Below the pieces are notes generated by a model that saw only the letters and a list, made by a program, of their open reading frames with translations, was not told the origin of the DNA and searched no databases. The position numbers and the translations under genes were made by a program. From positions 1-38,224 of IMG/VR virus record IMGVR_UViG_3300012038_000009: a stretch of DNA of 38,224 nucleotides, one strand, 5' to 3'. This document shows, piece after piece, positions 1-7,636 of the stretch (position 1 is the stretch's first letter; every line of letters starts with the position of its first letter). The stretch comes from a virus. Lineage: Duplodnaviria > Caudoviricetes.

Positions 1-123
1 AATAAAGGTTTGAACCCTCGACGAGATCGGTGGTTGAGAATGGAGATAAAGTCACCGTTGGGGTTAGTGAGTTCCCAACGTCTGAGTACGACCAAGAAAT
101 CCCTGTACCGTTTTGAATCAGTG
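1..123. repeat. Terminal direct repeat, copy 1 (circular assembly overlap)
   Basis: Bases 1-123 are identical to 38102-38224, and a reading frame runs uninterrupted across the join. Confidence 0.97.
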
Positions 124-406
124 CCGCAACGGTGTCTTGGGCCATCTCGTCGGTGTACTGAGTAATCGTCGAAGAAATCGTTAGTGAGTTCCCAACGTCT
201 GAATAAACTAGAGAGATCCCAGCACCTGCGACAAGCAAAGCCGCGACTCGATCATCAACAAACTCATCAAAACCAGTGCCCTTTGTTAAATCAAACGTGC
301 CTAAGGGACTTTCTAAGATGGCTAATATATCATCTGAACTAGTGATTACTACTGTGCTGGACCCGCCGCCGGATGATCCAACCCATGATCCCCCAGATCC
401 AAGCAT
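1..406 (-). CDS. 5' part of a ~1029-aa repeat-rich tail fibre/spike-like protein (continues at 38101..35418)
   Basis: ATG at 406 overlaps the TAA of the upstream gene. It translates MLGSGGSWVGSSGGGSS...DDRVAALLVAGAGISLVYSD...LTPTVTLSPFSTTDLVEG, in frame with ORF 35418..38156 after circularisation. Confidence 0.9.
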   Translation of the reverse strand, partial: MLGSGGSWVGSSGGGSSTVVITSSDDILAILESPLGTFDLTKGTGFDEFVDDRVAALLVAGAGISLVYSDVGNSLTISSTITQYTDEMAQDTVAALIQNGTGISWSYSDVGNSLTPTVTLSPFSTTDLVEGSNLY

Positions 407-726
407 TAAATAACCCCGCCCTCAAGGATATGAAGTACGCCGTCCGCAGTGTCTCTGATTACCGCGAGCTTTTCGCCCGGAACCACTCCGAAAAATTGAA
501 TGATCCCACCAGGTAAAAATATATCTGAACTTGTGGCGGTTGGGGTTGATCCAAATTTCACATAACAATCCTTCGTCGAAAAAAGTCTCACTACCGAAAC
601 ACTCTCTCCGAACGCAGCGCTTTGCGTCGAAGATGAGGTGACGGTTAGCTTTTGTGGAGACGAAGGATAAAGAGTTTGAAACGTATTATTGTTTTGTGTT
701 CCCGCACGAACCGGCGTTGATCCCAT
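406..726 (-). CDS. Small beta-rich virion-associated-like protein
   Basis: Likely start is ATG 726 (MGSTPVRAG). Ser/Thr-rich beta-strand pattern (VVRLFSTKDCYVKFG, LPGGIIQFFGV). Translationally coupled to the fibre-like gene. Confidence 0.6.
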   Translation of the reverse strand: MGSTPVRAGTQNNNTFQTLYPSSPQKLTVTSSSTQSAAFGESVSVVRLFSTKDCYVKFGSTPTATSSDIFLPGGIIQFFGVVPGEKLAVIRDTADGVLHILEGGVI

Positions 727-794
727 GCAAATGATAATAGCTGAGTTATAATTTATCTTGTAGGGTTTAGCCAAAGACTAGAGGGGTAATAAAA

Positions 795-1037
795 TTGACG
801 CGAAGGGTGGGTAGACCCAGAAAGCCGAAGGAGCCGCACGATAAATCGCAGCCCTGTAAGCGATCCGGTTGCAAGAATCGCGCTTACGGCAAAATGGCCT
901 ACTGCTCACGCTTTCATGCACCATTTGGGTACTATGGTTTAAATTCCTACGAGACTAAAATGGTTAATAGGATCGACTTTCAAAAGCGTTACAGGGGGCG
1001 AGATGATAACGGCAAAGAAGACGATGACCAATCTTGA
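795..1037 (+). CDS. Hypothetical basic protein with a possible Zn-binding motif
   Basis: GRPRKP (AT-hook-like) plus C-x4-C...C-x3-H; TTG start. Confidence 0.45.
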   Translation: MTRRVGRPRKPKEPHDKSQPCKRSGCKNRAYGKMAYCSRFHAPFGYYGLNSYETKMVNRIDFQKRYRGRDDNGKEDDDQS

Positions 1038-1293
1038 GAGAGATTTAATATTTAGAGTCGTCGATGGGGATCAAAATCTTTTTGTAGTCATGCATCACTG
1101 GCACAAAATGATCAATTTTAAAGCATCACTTTTGTGGTGTATGAATAACGGTCTCACTGGAAAAAATCTAACAGAATGGCTTAAACACTCACCCCATGAT
1201 GGAATTTTAAACGGCTATGGTTTTATTCTTGGACAACTAAGAAAAGAAAATAAAGTTATTCAAATTCATTACGGGCGAGAGTATGTCGGATAA
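1003..1293 (+). CDS. Hypothetical protein
   Basis: ORF in a short + strand cluster, overlapping both neighbours. Confidence 0.6.
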   Translation: MITAKKTMTNLERDLIFRVVDGDQNLFVVMHHWHKMINFKASLLWCMNNGLTGKNLTEWLKHSPHDGILNGYGFILGQLRKENKVIQIHYGREYVG

Positions 1294-1516
1294 AGTCATA
1301 GACATTCCAAATAAGTTAAGCCCATTCATCTGGTTTGTAGGGTCAGCAATTATAGGAATATCGCTCGCTGCTTACGCAAGCGGATTTGTGTTTACTCGTA
1401 ATGAAGGAGCTTCATTAGAAAAGCGCGTTGATAAGGTTGAAAGCGAGACTATTAGACGACTCGAGCGCATTGAAGACAAGATCGACAAACTCACAGAATC
1501 TAAATCAAAACGATAG
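1283..1516 (+). CDS. Single-TM membrane protein with a C-terminal coiled coil (holin/XhlA-like architecture)
   Basis: Hydrophobic segment FIWFVGSAIIGISLAAYASGFVF followed by LEKRVDKVE...RLERIEDKIDKL. Confidence 0.6.
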   Translation: MSDKVIDIPNKLSPFIWFVGSAIIGISLAAYASGFVFTRNEGASLEKRVDKVESETIRRLERIEDKIDKLTESKSKR

Positions 1517-1622
1517 TGCCGCAGCCGGACTCGAACCCGCACCCGTCCCGCTTTTGATTGTGGCCGCCATCCTTAGCGTTTTCAATTCTAACAGGACTGC
1601 TCTGCCATTAAGCTATACGGCC
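1516..1622 (-). ncRNA. tRNA-like RNA with an expanded anticodon arm (or an intron-containing/degenerate tRNA)
   Basis: Minus strand reads GGCCGTA TA GCTTAATGGCAGAGC A GTCCTGTT..(37 nt)..AGCGGGAC GGGT GCGGGTTCGAGTCCGGC TGCGGCA C. The D arm, T loop and acceptor pairing are present; there is no normal 7-nt anticodon loop. Confidence 0.7.
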
Positions 1623-1628
1623 TTTTAA

Positions 1629-2015
1629 TTATACGGTCTTTCGAATTTTAGGGACAACGGTATCGTGATGAAACACGCTCCCGTTGCTTCTTTGCTTATA
1701 AATCTTGAGTATTCCAGGTCCGTAATATTCCCAAAGTCGTTTCTTAATTTTCCAAATGTCAGTTTCAAAACCTTTAAACTCCGCCCATTCTTTCTCGCCC
1801 GTTTCTAAATTCATCACTACAAAGTCAGCGATATAAAGAATCTGCGCGTCGGTCATCCTTACGTGGTCCTGCACTTGAAGCACAGTTAGGTAGCCTGCTT
1901 TTTCTAAAAACTTAAGATGCGCGTAACATGCGGCCTCACCTTTTGACTGAAAAGAATGTCCGTCCAATTTGATCCTCACTCTCAAAGCGTTTTTAAACGG
2001 CCTAAAACCTGACAC
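1629..2015 (-). CDS. DUF1064-like PD-(D/E)xK nuclease-fold protein
   Basis: DGHSFQSKGEAACY...YIADF...EFKGFET...KKRL motifs. Confidence 0.75.
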   Translation of the reverse strand: MSGFRPFKNALRVRIKLDGHSFQSKGEAACYAHLKFLEKAGYLTVLQVQDHVRMTDAQILYIADFVVMNLETGEKEWAEFKGFETDIWKIKKRLWEYYGPGILKIYKQRSNGSVFHHDTVVPKIRKTV

Positions 2016-2254
2016 TAAATTGTATCCTTTTTAGGACGAAATTTTTTAACAAGTAATCCAGGTTTTGCTTTTGTGTCATGAGACTCACAATGTTTTTCTA
2101 ATTCCTTAACTTGAGCAAGCACGTCGTTTACCTCAGCCTCGACGTAAGGTCTTATATAAATAAAGTACTCAACCTTTTTTATGGTGTGAGAAATCACGAA
2201 AAGCCCACTTAGAGTTAGATTTAGTGCAACCGAAACGATCGTAATAGTTTTCAT
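2015..2254 (-). CDS. Small membrane-anchored hypothetical protein
   Basis: N-terminal hydrophobic segment; coupled to neighbours. Confidence 0.6.
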   Translation of the reverse strand: MKTITIVSVALNLTLSGLFVISHTIKKVEYFIYIRPYVEAEVNDVLAQVKELEKHCESHDTKAKPGLLVKKFRPKKDTI

Positions 2255-2397
2255 AAAAGTCTAGTCGATCGCCTAATTTCCATTACAAGTGTGAGCATTG
2301 TTTTTGAGAGTCTTTCCATCGACTTTAGGCAAATAATATTAAGCGCAAGAATGACCGCGTTTCCGAGAAAGAAAATAAAGTTCCACTCCATACTCAT
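2251..2397 (-). CDS. Small membrane protein (48 aa, not in the ORF track)
   Basis: MSMEWNFIFFLGNAVILALNIICLKSMERLSKTMLTLVMEIRRSTRLL; ATGA overlaps at both ends fill the gap exactly. Confidence 0.6.
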   Translation of the reverse strand: MSMEWNFIFFLGNAVILALNIICLKSMERLSKTMLTLVMEIRRSTRLL

Positions 2398-3422
2398 GCT
2401 GAAATCCTTTTTTTCTCACCGAGCGCGATCCTAACAATTAAACAAATCCATACCTGAGAGACAAACCATCTTAACGGGAACTGAGAAATAAAGCACACCG
2501 ATAGCGCTATAAGTGAAACGAAAACCCATGTATTTTTTCTAGACTTATAAAGGCACTCTATTGCGAGCCCCAAGAAAATAACAAACCCGATAATCCCATG
2601 CTCGAAAAGGATCTGGAGGTACTCGTTATGCATCCAGATAAAAATCGTGTCGGTTCTTTTTTGAATGATGTAGCCAAGCCATTCGAAAGTTCCGCTCCCG
2701 TAACCTATCCAAATATTCACATTTGCAGCCCACCACTCCATGCAAATCTGCCAAATCGCAACGCGACCATTGGGATCAATGAGAGTGTGGCGACCTAAAA
2801 GCCAGTACCCAAGAGCTAAACCAATTGGGGCTATCGTTACTAATTCGATAAGTTTACGCTTTGGATTAGTTGTTTTTATTAAGATATAAGCACACAGACA
2901 TGCAGACAGCATAAAATAAGGAGTCGATGCCTTCGCTGCGACAAGTGCCGCGATTGGTAATGCTAGCGTTAAAATCAATACTAAAGAGTGAGAAAGTGTC
3001 AGTTTTGGCTTGAGTGGTATTAAACAAATCGATGGGTAAATCAGCATTATAAAACTTGCATCGACTGATTCGGAATTAAAAATACCGTAACCAATAGTTA
3101 GAATTAAAACACAGTCTATAAGTGCGATGACTTGGAATACCAAAACAGCCCATGGCAGATACTTTTTTTCCATGAAAAAGATAAGACCAACACTCATGAC
3201 GATTGCTGCAAATGCTTGCCCAGCCGTCTCACCAAACGCGTGTGAGTACCCGCCGCCAAAGTGGGTTAGTGAACCCTCCATGATAATCGCGGCTGAGCCT
3301 AGACAGTACGCAACGATCGCGCCTGCGAACCATGAATATTTTTTACCGATTAGATAGCCGAATAAAAGCGCGACTAAACAAAGCCCCACCATTTGCGGTA
3401 AACGCCAATGATCCCAAACCAT
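2394..3422 (-). CDS. O-antigen ligase (WaaL/Wzy_C) family polytopic membrane protein
   Basis: About 10 TM segments; GRVAIW...IWIGYGSGTF...HNEYLQILFEHGIIG matches the R...W...GxG...HNxYL signature. Confidence 0.85.
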   Translation of the reverse strand: MVWDHWRLPQMVGLCLVALLFGYLIGKKYSWFAGAIVAYCLGSAAIIMEGSLTHFGGGYSHAFGETAGQAFAAIVMSVGLIFFMEKKYLPWAVLVFQVIALIDCVLILTIGYGIFNSESVDASFIMLIYPSICLIPLKPKLTLSHSLVLILTLALPIAALVAAKASTPYFMLSACLCAYILIKTTNPKRKLIELVTIAPIGLALGYWLLGRHTLIDPNGRVAIWQICMEWWAANVNIWIGYGSGTFEWLGYIIQKRTDTIFIWMHNEYLQILFEHGIIGFVIFLGLAIECLYKSRKNTWVFVSLIALSVCFISQFPLRWFVSQVWICLIVRIALGEKKRISA

Positions 3423-3481
3423 AAACCCCCCTAGATGTAATAATTTCGTATCTTGAGGAATTAATTAGAGCTAGTTATTTT

Positions 3482-3703
3482 TTAATCGTGGTCGCAGCAA
3501 TCGGGATAACCAGGCGTCATATTCATTGGCGATTTTTCTGACTTTTCATTAACAAATTTAAGATTCATTTTAATCCAACTACAAAGGTCCTCGACATGAT
3601 TAAAAACGTGGTGCCCTTCGTTATAGTAACGAGTGTTGCCGCCATTTGGATTATGAGAAACAACGTACCCATTTTTAACGGCTCTGATTTCTATATTGTT
3701 CAT
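3482..3703 (-). CDS. Hypothetical protein
   Basis: Likely start ATG 3703 (MNNIEIRAVKNGYVV), just downstream of a terminator. Confidence 0.6.
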   Translation of the reverse strand: MNNIEIRAVKNGYVVSHNPNGGNTRYYNEGHHVFNHVEDLCSWIKMNLKFVNEKSEKSPMNMTPGYPDCCDHD

Positions 3704-3727
3704 TTTAATTTTTCTCAACACGGTTAT

Positions 3728-3763
3728 AAAAAAGTGGGGCCAGATGATTAGTCCAGCCCCCAC
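3728..3763 (-). terminator. Rho-independent terminator after the collagen-like gene
   Basis: Minus strand GTGGGGGCTGGA-ctaatca-TCTGGCCCCAC followed by TTTTTT. Confidence 0.75.
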
Positions 3764-3791
3764 GACGCGAACCGTATCGGAAATATTTCTA

Positions 3792-4850
3792 CTAGTTAAG
3801 CGGTAAAGTGAAAACCTTAGAACCGCCTTGTACTTTAATCGTCATTTTTTCTGGCTCAGTTTCCGTAGCTGGCTCATGAAGAATCCATGATTCCCCAACT
3901 TGAGGAGCTTCCGGATCTGTCGTGACGAGATCCAAGCCGAGATCACCTTTGGGTCCCTGAGGTCCCATTGGCCCTTCAAGCCCTTGCTCGCCCTGAATCC
4001 CCTGTAGCCCTTGAGGTCCTTCCGGTCCTTGGTCTCCTGTATTTCCAGGAATGCCTTGTAGTCCTTCGGGTCCAGTAGCACCAACTTCACCTTGTGGACC
4101 AACTGGCCCTTGGGGTCCGACTTCTCCGCTAGGCCCAACTTCTCCAGGCAAGCCTTGCTCACCAGCGGGGCCTTGAGGCCCAACTTCTCCAGTTTCCCCC
4201 ATAGGACCTTGAAGTCCCATTTCTCCCGGATCGCCTTTATCACCTTTTTCTCCTTGAGGGCCGATCTCGCCGATAGGACCTACTTCGCCTTGCACACCTT
4301 GCGGACCAACCTCACCCTGTAGTCCTTGTGCGCCCATGGGTCCAGCAACGCCTGGAGCGCCCTGTAAACCTTCCACTCCTTGAGGACCTGTAATACCAGG
4401 GTCTCCTTGAATACCTTGGACCCCTTGAGGTCCCGACTCGCCCTGAGGCCCCATGGGTCCGGCGGCCCCCATTGGTCCAACTTCGCCTTGAGGCCCCTGT
4501 GCCCCGTCCAGTCCAGATAAACCAGACTCTCCCTGATTCCCTTGTGGACCCACTTCGCCTTGAGGTCCTTGAGAACCTGGAAGACCATTAACCCCGTTAA
4601 GTCCTGGGGTTCCTGCAAGTCCCGCTTCTCCAGCGTCACCTTTATCGCCTTTGTCTCCCTTTTCACCTTGAGGACCCATTGGTCCAGCGAGACCGGCTGA
4701 TCCTTGAGGTCCGGGTTCTCCTTGATCCCCTTTTCTGCCTGGGATGCCTTGCGGTCCCTGGGGTCCCTGTGGACCTTGCGGCCCTGGCGATGAGTAAACG
4801 TTGATGATTTGCTTCTTGTCGATATTGTCATTGTCGTAAGTTGTTCCCAT
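3792..4850 (-). CDS. Collagen-like (Gly-X-Y repeat) protein
   Basis: Long uninterrupted GXY run (GPQ/GEx-rich). Likely start ATG 4850 with GGAGG Shine-Dalgarno (SD); short acidic C-terminal domain. Confidence 0.92.
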   Translation of the reverse strand: MGTTYDNDNIDKKQIINVYSSPGPQGPQGPQGPQGIPGRKGDQGEPGPQGSAGLAGPMGPQGEKGDKGDKGDAGEAGLAGTPGLNGVNGLPGSQGPQGEVGPQGNQGESGLSGLDGAQGPQGEVGPMGAAGPMGPQGESGPQGVQGIQGDPGITGPQGVEGLQGAPGVAGPMGAQGLQGEVGPQGVQGEVGPIGEIGPQGEKGDKGDPGEMGLQGPMGETGEVGPQGPAGEQGLPGEVGPSGEVGPQGPVGPQGEVGATGPEGLQGIPGNTGDQGPEGPQGLQGIQGEQGLEGPMGPQGPKGDLGLDLVTTDPEAPQVGESWILHEPATETEPEKMTIKVQGGSKVFTLPLN

Positions 4851-4887
4851 AATTAATTCCCTCCGTGTGTTTTGTGTTGAAGATTTT

Positions 4888-4916
4888 ATTTTGAAGCACT
4901 CTAAAATTTTTTGCAA
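4888..4916 (-). promoter_or_regulatory. Putative sigma70 promoter of the collagen-like gene
   Basis: TTGCAA-17 nt-CAAAAT on the minus strand. Confidence 0.45.
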
Positions 4917-4974
4917 CCGACTCAAAAGCTTTTTAAAACCAAATCTATGTTTGATTTTTGTCGGGCATAAAAAC

Positions 4975-5166
4975 TCACCCCAAAAACCTCTTCCTCAACC
5001 ACTCAGCAAAATACTCATTTGTCCTGCCATTGCCAGGTTCAAGTATAAACTTCCTGCGATCTTCTAGAGCGTCACCGCTCATGAGTGCTTCGATTACTTC
5101 TTTGATTGCTTGTTCCCTAATCATGGCATTGTGTTCTATTTCAAGAATGTCTTGTTCTTCGATCAT
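4975..5166 (-). CDS. Hypothetical protein
   Basis: Likely ATG 5166 (MIEEQDILE) in ATGA overlap with the upstream gene. Confidence 0.55.
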   Translation of the reverse strand: MIEEQDILEIEHNAMIREQAIKEVIEALMSGDALEDRRKFILEPGNGRTNEYFAEWLRKRFLG

Positions 5167-5795
5167 TTCTTTAATATCTCCACAATTTCTTCCAAAGCCT
5201 TCTTCGCGGCGCAAAGCGCACGCTCAGTTTTATAAGAAGACAAGGGATCAAGCGTAAGAGGTACCAAGGCTAAAGTCCTCACGAGGCGGAAACCGACGCC
5301 GAAGTAGCGGAACTCAGGCCCGAGGCTGCCACGCTGGGCCGAACGGCAGAGAAGGGCATCGCTGCGCCAACCGCCACCACGAAGGACGCGGTAAGAGCCG
5401 GAGTCTGGATAATACAAATCCTCACACCACTCCCAAACATTTCCTAGCATATCGTAAAGTCCAAACTCATTTGGTTTTTTTTGTTTTACAAAATGGGTTT
5501 TACGCTTTGAGTTTTCGTAAAACCAAGCATGATCACTTAAATTTTCAGGATCTTCCCCACATGCAAACTCCCACTCTTTTTCGGTAGGCAATCGGTAGAC
5601 GTGATCTTTTTGATGGGCATTTAATTTTGCGATAAACTCTTTGCAATCATTCCATGAAACTTGCTCGACTGGCAGATTTTCGCCTTTAAAGTGGGACGGG
5701 TTTTCACCCATGACTTGCTTCCATTCTTCCTGAGTTACTTGAGCATCCATTATTTCAAACTCACCTTGTGGGTATGGTATTTTTACGAAATTCAT
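5163..5795 (-). CDS. FGE-sulfatase/C-type-lectin-fold protein with a DGR-type variable region at its 3' end
   Basis: VTQ..W..VMGENPSHF, PVEQVSW, RLPTEKEWEFAC, PNEFGLYDMLGNVWEW, RVLRGGGW and GFRLVR motifs. Confidence 0.9.
   Translation of the reverse strand: MNFVKIPYPQGEFEIMDAQVTQEEWKQVMGENPSHFKGENLPVEQVSWNDCKEFIAKLNAHQKDHVYRLPTEKEWEFACGEDPENLSDHAWFYENSKRKTHFVKQKKPNEFGLYDMLGNVWEWCEDLYYPDSGSYRVLRGGGWRSDALLCRSAQRGSLGPEFRYFGVGFRLVRTLALVPLTLDPLSSYKTERALCAAKKALEEIVEILKK
5278..5405 (-). other. Candidate DGR variable region (VR)
   Basis: Hand counts for 5281-5400: 82/120 G+C and 7/120 A on the coding strand, versus 42/120 G+C at 5461-5580 of the same gene. Variable positions are mostly NNC/NNT codons. 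Confidence 0.7.
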
Positions 5796-6016
5796 TTCTC
5801 CCCCTCAAACTCTGCCAGGAACTCGCGAGCCGCACAACTCTGACATTGACCACCAGTCGGACACCATGTTGGACATGCCTTTTTAGTAACAATGCTCCTA
5901 ATAAATCCAATTGTGAACTCAAGGGTATTTACTAATTTTTTAACAATCCCACATGTGGCATCGTCTCCGGAGTTTGCTCGATCTTTGATTTCCGAAAGTT
6001 CTTTTTTATTTAGCAT
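5792..6016 (-). CDS. Hypothetical protein with a Cys cluster
   Basis: CPTWC...CQSC; SD upstream; ATGA overlap with the next gene. Confidence 0.6.
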   Translation of the reverse strand: MLNKKELSEIKDRANSGDDATCGIVKKLVNTLEFTIGFIRSIVTKKACPTWCPTGGQCQSCAAREFLAEFEGEK

Positions 6017-6042
6017 TGAAGTCCTCTCCGCATTTGTGGACG

Positions 6043-6504
6043 TTATTTTGCGCTTTCTACCAGGGTTTTTCTTCGTTTTGCGTATACCTTAGACATAGAC
6101 GCCTTCCAACATTTCCTACATGTTCTATGGTTCTCATATTTATAGGTGTTTTCTTTTGAAAACGGATGACCCCTTTTGCAATGAGTTTTAGCTGCTTCAA
6201 AATGTGTCCCTGCCTTTACTGAGTCTAAACCGTTTTGAGACCTTGTTCCGTCATAGAGATGATCTGGATTAACGCACGATGGTTTATTACATTTATGTAA
6301 AACTAGGTTTTTAGGTTCCCCTTTATGAAAAACAAAAGAGATCCTATGTGCGTATACCATTCTATCTTTATGTCTAAACATACCGTGACCGCTTGGATGG
6401 GCGAACGCCTTCCAAAACCAACATGTTTTAGTTTTTCTGACCTTACCAAAAAATCTATTTAAAAAGTTACCAACATCACGTTTATCAACGGTATAATTTG
6501 TCAT
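6043..6504 (-). CDS. HNH homing endonuclease-like protein
   Basis: CWFW...GHGMF...AHRISF...VLHKCNKPSCVNPDHL...KTHCKRGH. Confidence 0.9.
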   Translation of the reverse strand: MTNYTVDKRDVGNFLNRFFGKVRKTKTCWFWKAFAHPSGHGMFRHKDRMVYAHRISFVFHKGEPKNLVLHKCNKPSCVNPDHLYDGTRSQNGLDSVKAGTHFEAAKTHCKRGHPFSKENTYKYENHRTCRKCWKASMSKVYAKRRKTLVESAK

Positions 6505-6871
6505 GCCATTTCCCCAACCTTAAAAGTATTGGTTTCAGGGCATGGAAGTTCGATGTAGTCTTCGTTCATTCTCTCTATCCTTCCGTCCCCGCGTTTGGGC
6601 AATATCGATTAAATAGCTCGCCTAGCGTTAGCTCCTCGACTTCAATTTCTTTTTCGTTCGCGTTGACCAGAGACGACCTTAACGCTTGTCATGGATTCCA
6701 GGTTGCCTGACGTTTACCCACATATATCAAGATCGATCAGGACTGGATCTCAACCAACTTCTCCATAACCTCAGCTCCTATTTCCCATTGCTGAGAAACT
6801 TTTGTCACCGCATCAACCAGCCAATGCAATAGATTTATTCATGTTACCTATTCTCCGCATCTGTTTCTCCT

Positions 6872-7093
6872 TTAATCGTCACGTATTTCTAAAACTCTAG
6901 GCGGAACTGATTTTCGTTTTGGCTTATCAGTGCGTGTCTTTTTTTTATACCGAAAGAAGTCCAAACAATTTATGCACGTCACGCGTGCGGGGTCAGTAGT
7001 AAATAAAATCGTGTCATACCTCTGCGCCCCGCAAACATGTCTGTGGTGCCCTTCAACTTCAAGATGAACTTTTTTAAGCGACGGCGTAGACAT
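6872..7093 (-). CDS. Small Zn-finger-like protein
   Basis: H...CG...VTCINC motif. Confidence 0.6.
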   Translation of the reverse strand: MSTPSLKKVHLEVEGHHRHVCGAQRYDTILFTTDPARVTCINCLDFFRYKKKTRTDKPKRKSVPPRVLEIRDD

Positions 7094-7105
7094 GATAATG
7101 ATTCT

Positions 7106-7429
7106 CTATATTGAGATACATTCCTGGTCACCTGTTAGATGGGAAATTCCAGGATTGGATAATTCGATGGATCTTACGCGGTAATAATAAACATTTCCGA
7201 GTTCAATGTTCCCATCTACAAAAATACCATCGCCTGTATTAAGTCTTGCGATTGTTTTGAAACCAAAATTAGTTTCGTCGCTTCTTTCAATAAAACTCAC
7301 CGTATTATTTGGTAAATCCTTAATATTTAAAAGATCAACAACACAAAATATAGTTTCAAATGCTACCTCTGTTTTTAAAATATCAGCGGCATTACCTGTG
7401 GTTAATAATAATAAAATTGCAGTCAACAT
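7106..7429 (-). CDS. Secreted fibronectin type III-like protein
   Basis: Signal-peptide-like N-terminus (MLTAILLLLTTGNAA); IERS...F..IA...FVD...YYYRVR FN3 pattern; AT-rich. Confidence 0.55.
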   Translation of the reverse strand: MLTAILLLLTTGNAADILKTEVAFETIFCVVDLLNIKDLPNNTVSFIERSDETNFGFKTIARLNTGDGIFVDGNIELGNVYYYRVRSIELSNPGISHLTGDQECISI

Positions 7430-7593
7430 ATAAACTCCCTAATTTTAGCGAGTAGAAAATCTTGCCATGTTAAATTCTGTTTAACTAATTTAATTGCGAC
7501 TTTCTTATATAAATCAATATTCATTTTTACTTGAGCGCGCATTACCCCTGCGCGTGGGGGTTGTCCGTATAGTTTAATATTTGATTTTTTCAT
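7423..7593 (-). CDS. Putative ribbon-helix-helix DNA-binding protein (56 aa, not in the ORF track)
   Basis: MKKSNIKLYGQPPRAGVMRAQVKMNIDLYKKVAIKLVKQNLTWQDFLLAKIREFIC: alternating strand then two amphipathic helices. Confidence 0.55.
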   Translation of the reverse strand: MKKSNIKLYGQPPRAGVMRAQVKMNIDLYKKVAIKLVKQNLTWQDFLLAKIREFIC

Positions 7594-7599
7594 GACGTG

Positions 7600-7636
7600 C
7601 ATATATCATGATTTAATGATATGTCAAACATTAAAT
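7600..7636 (-). promoter_or_regulatory. Promoter with an overlapping inverted-repeat operator
   Basis: TTGACA-16-TATATG-6-ATG on the minus strand. ATTTAATG-N10-CATTAAAT (7611-7636) straddles the -35 box. Confidence 0.55.

Noticed and set aside
63-202. 23-bp direct repeat GTTAGTGAGTTCCCAACGTCTGA (63-85 and 180-202) as a CRISPR or att site
   Set aside because: Both copies encode the same SDVGNSLT peptide repeat in frame within the fibre-like gene; only two copies, 117 bp apart.
1428-1628. 66-aa + strand ORF
   Set aside because: It is the antisense of the tRNA-like element (AAGLEPA is the reverse complement of the T arm) and overlaps a better gene.
3842-4831. Alternative-frame ORFs 3842..4243, 4280..4831 and 4092..4322
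   Set aside because: Shadow frames of the collagen GXY repeat.
6560-6860. Genome-wide TGA recoding
   Set aside because: Many clear genes end in TGA with ATGA coupling, and the core genes are intact under code 11.
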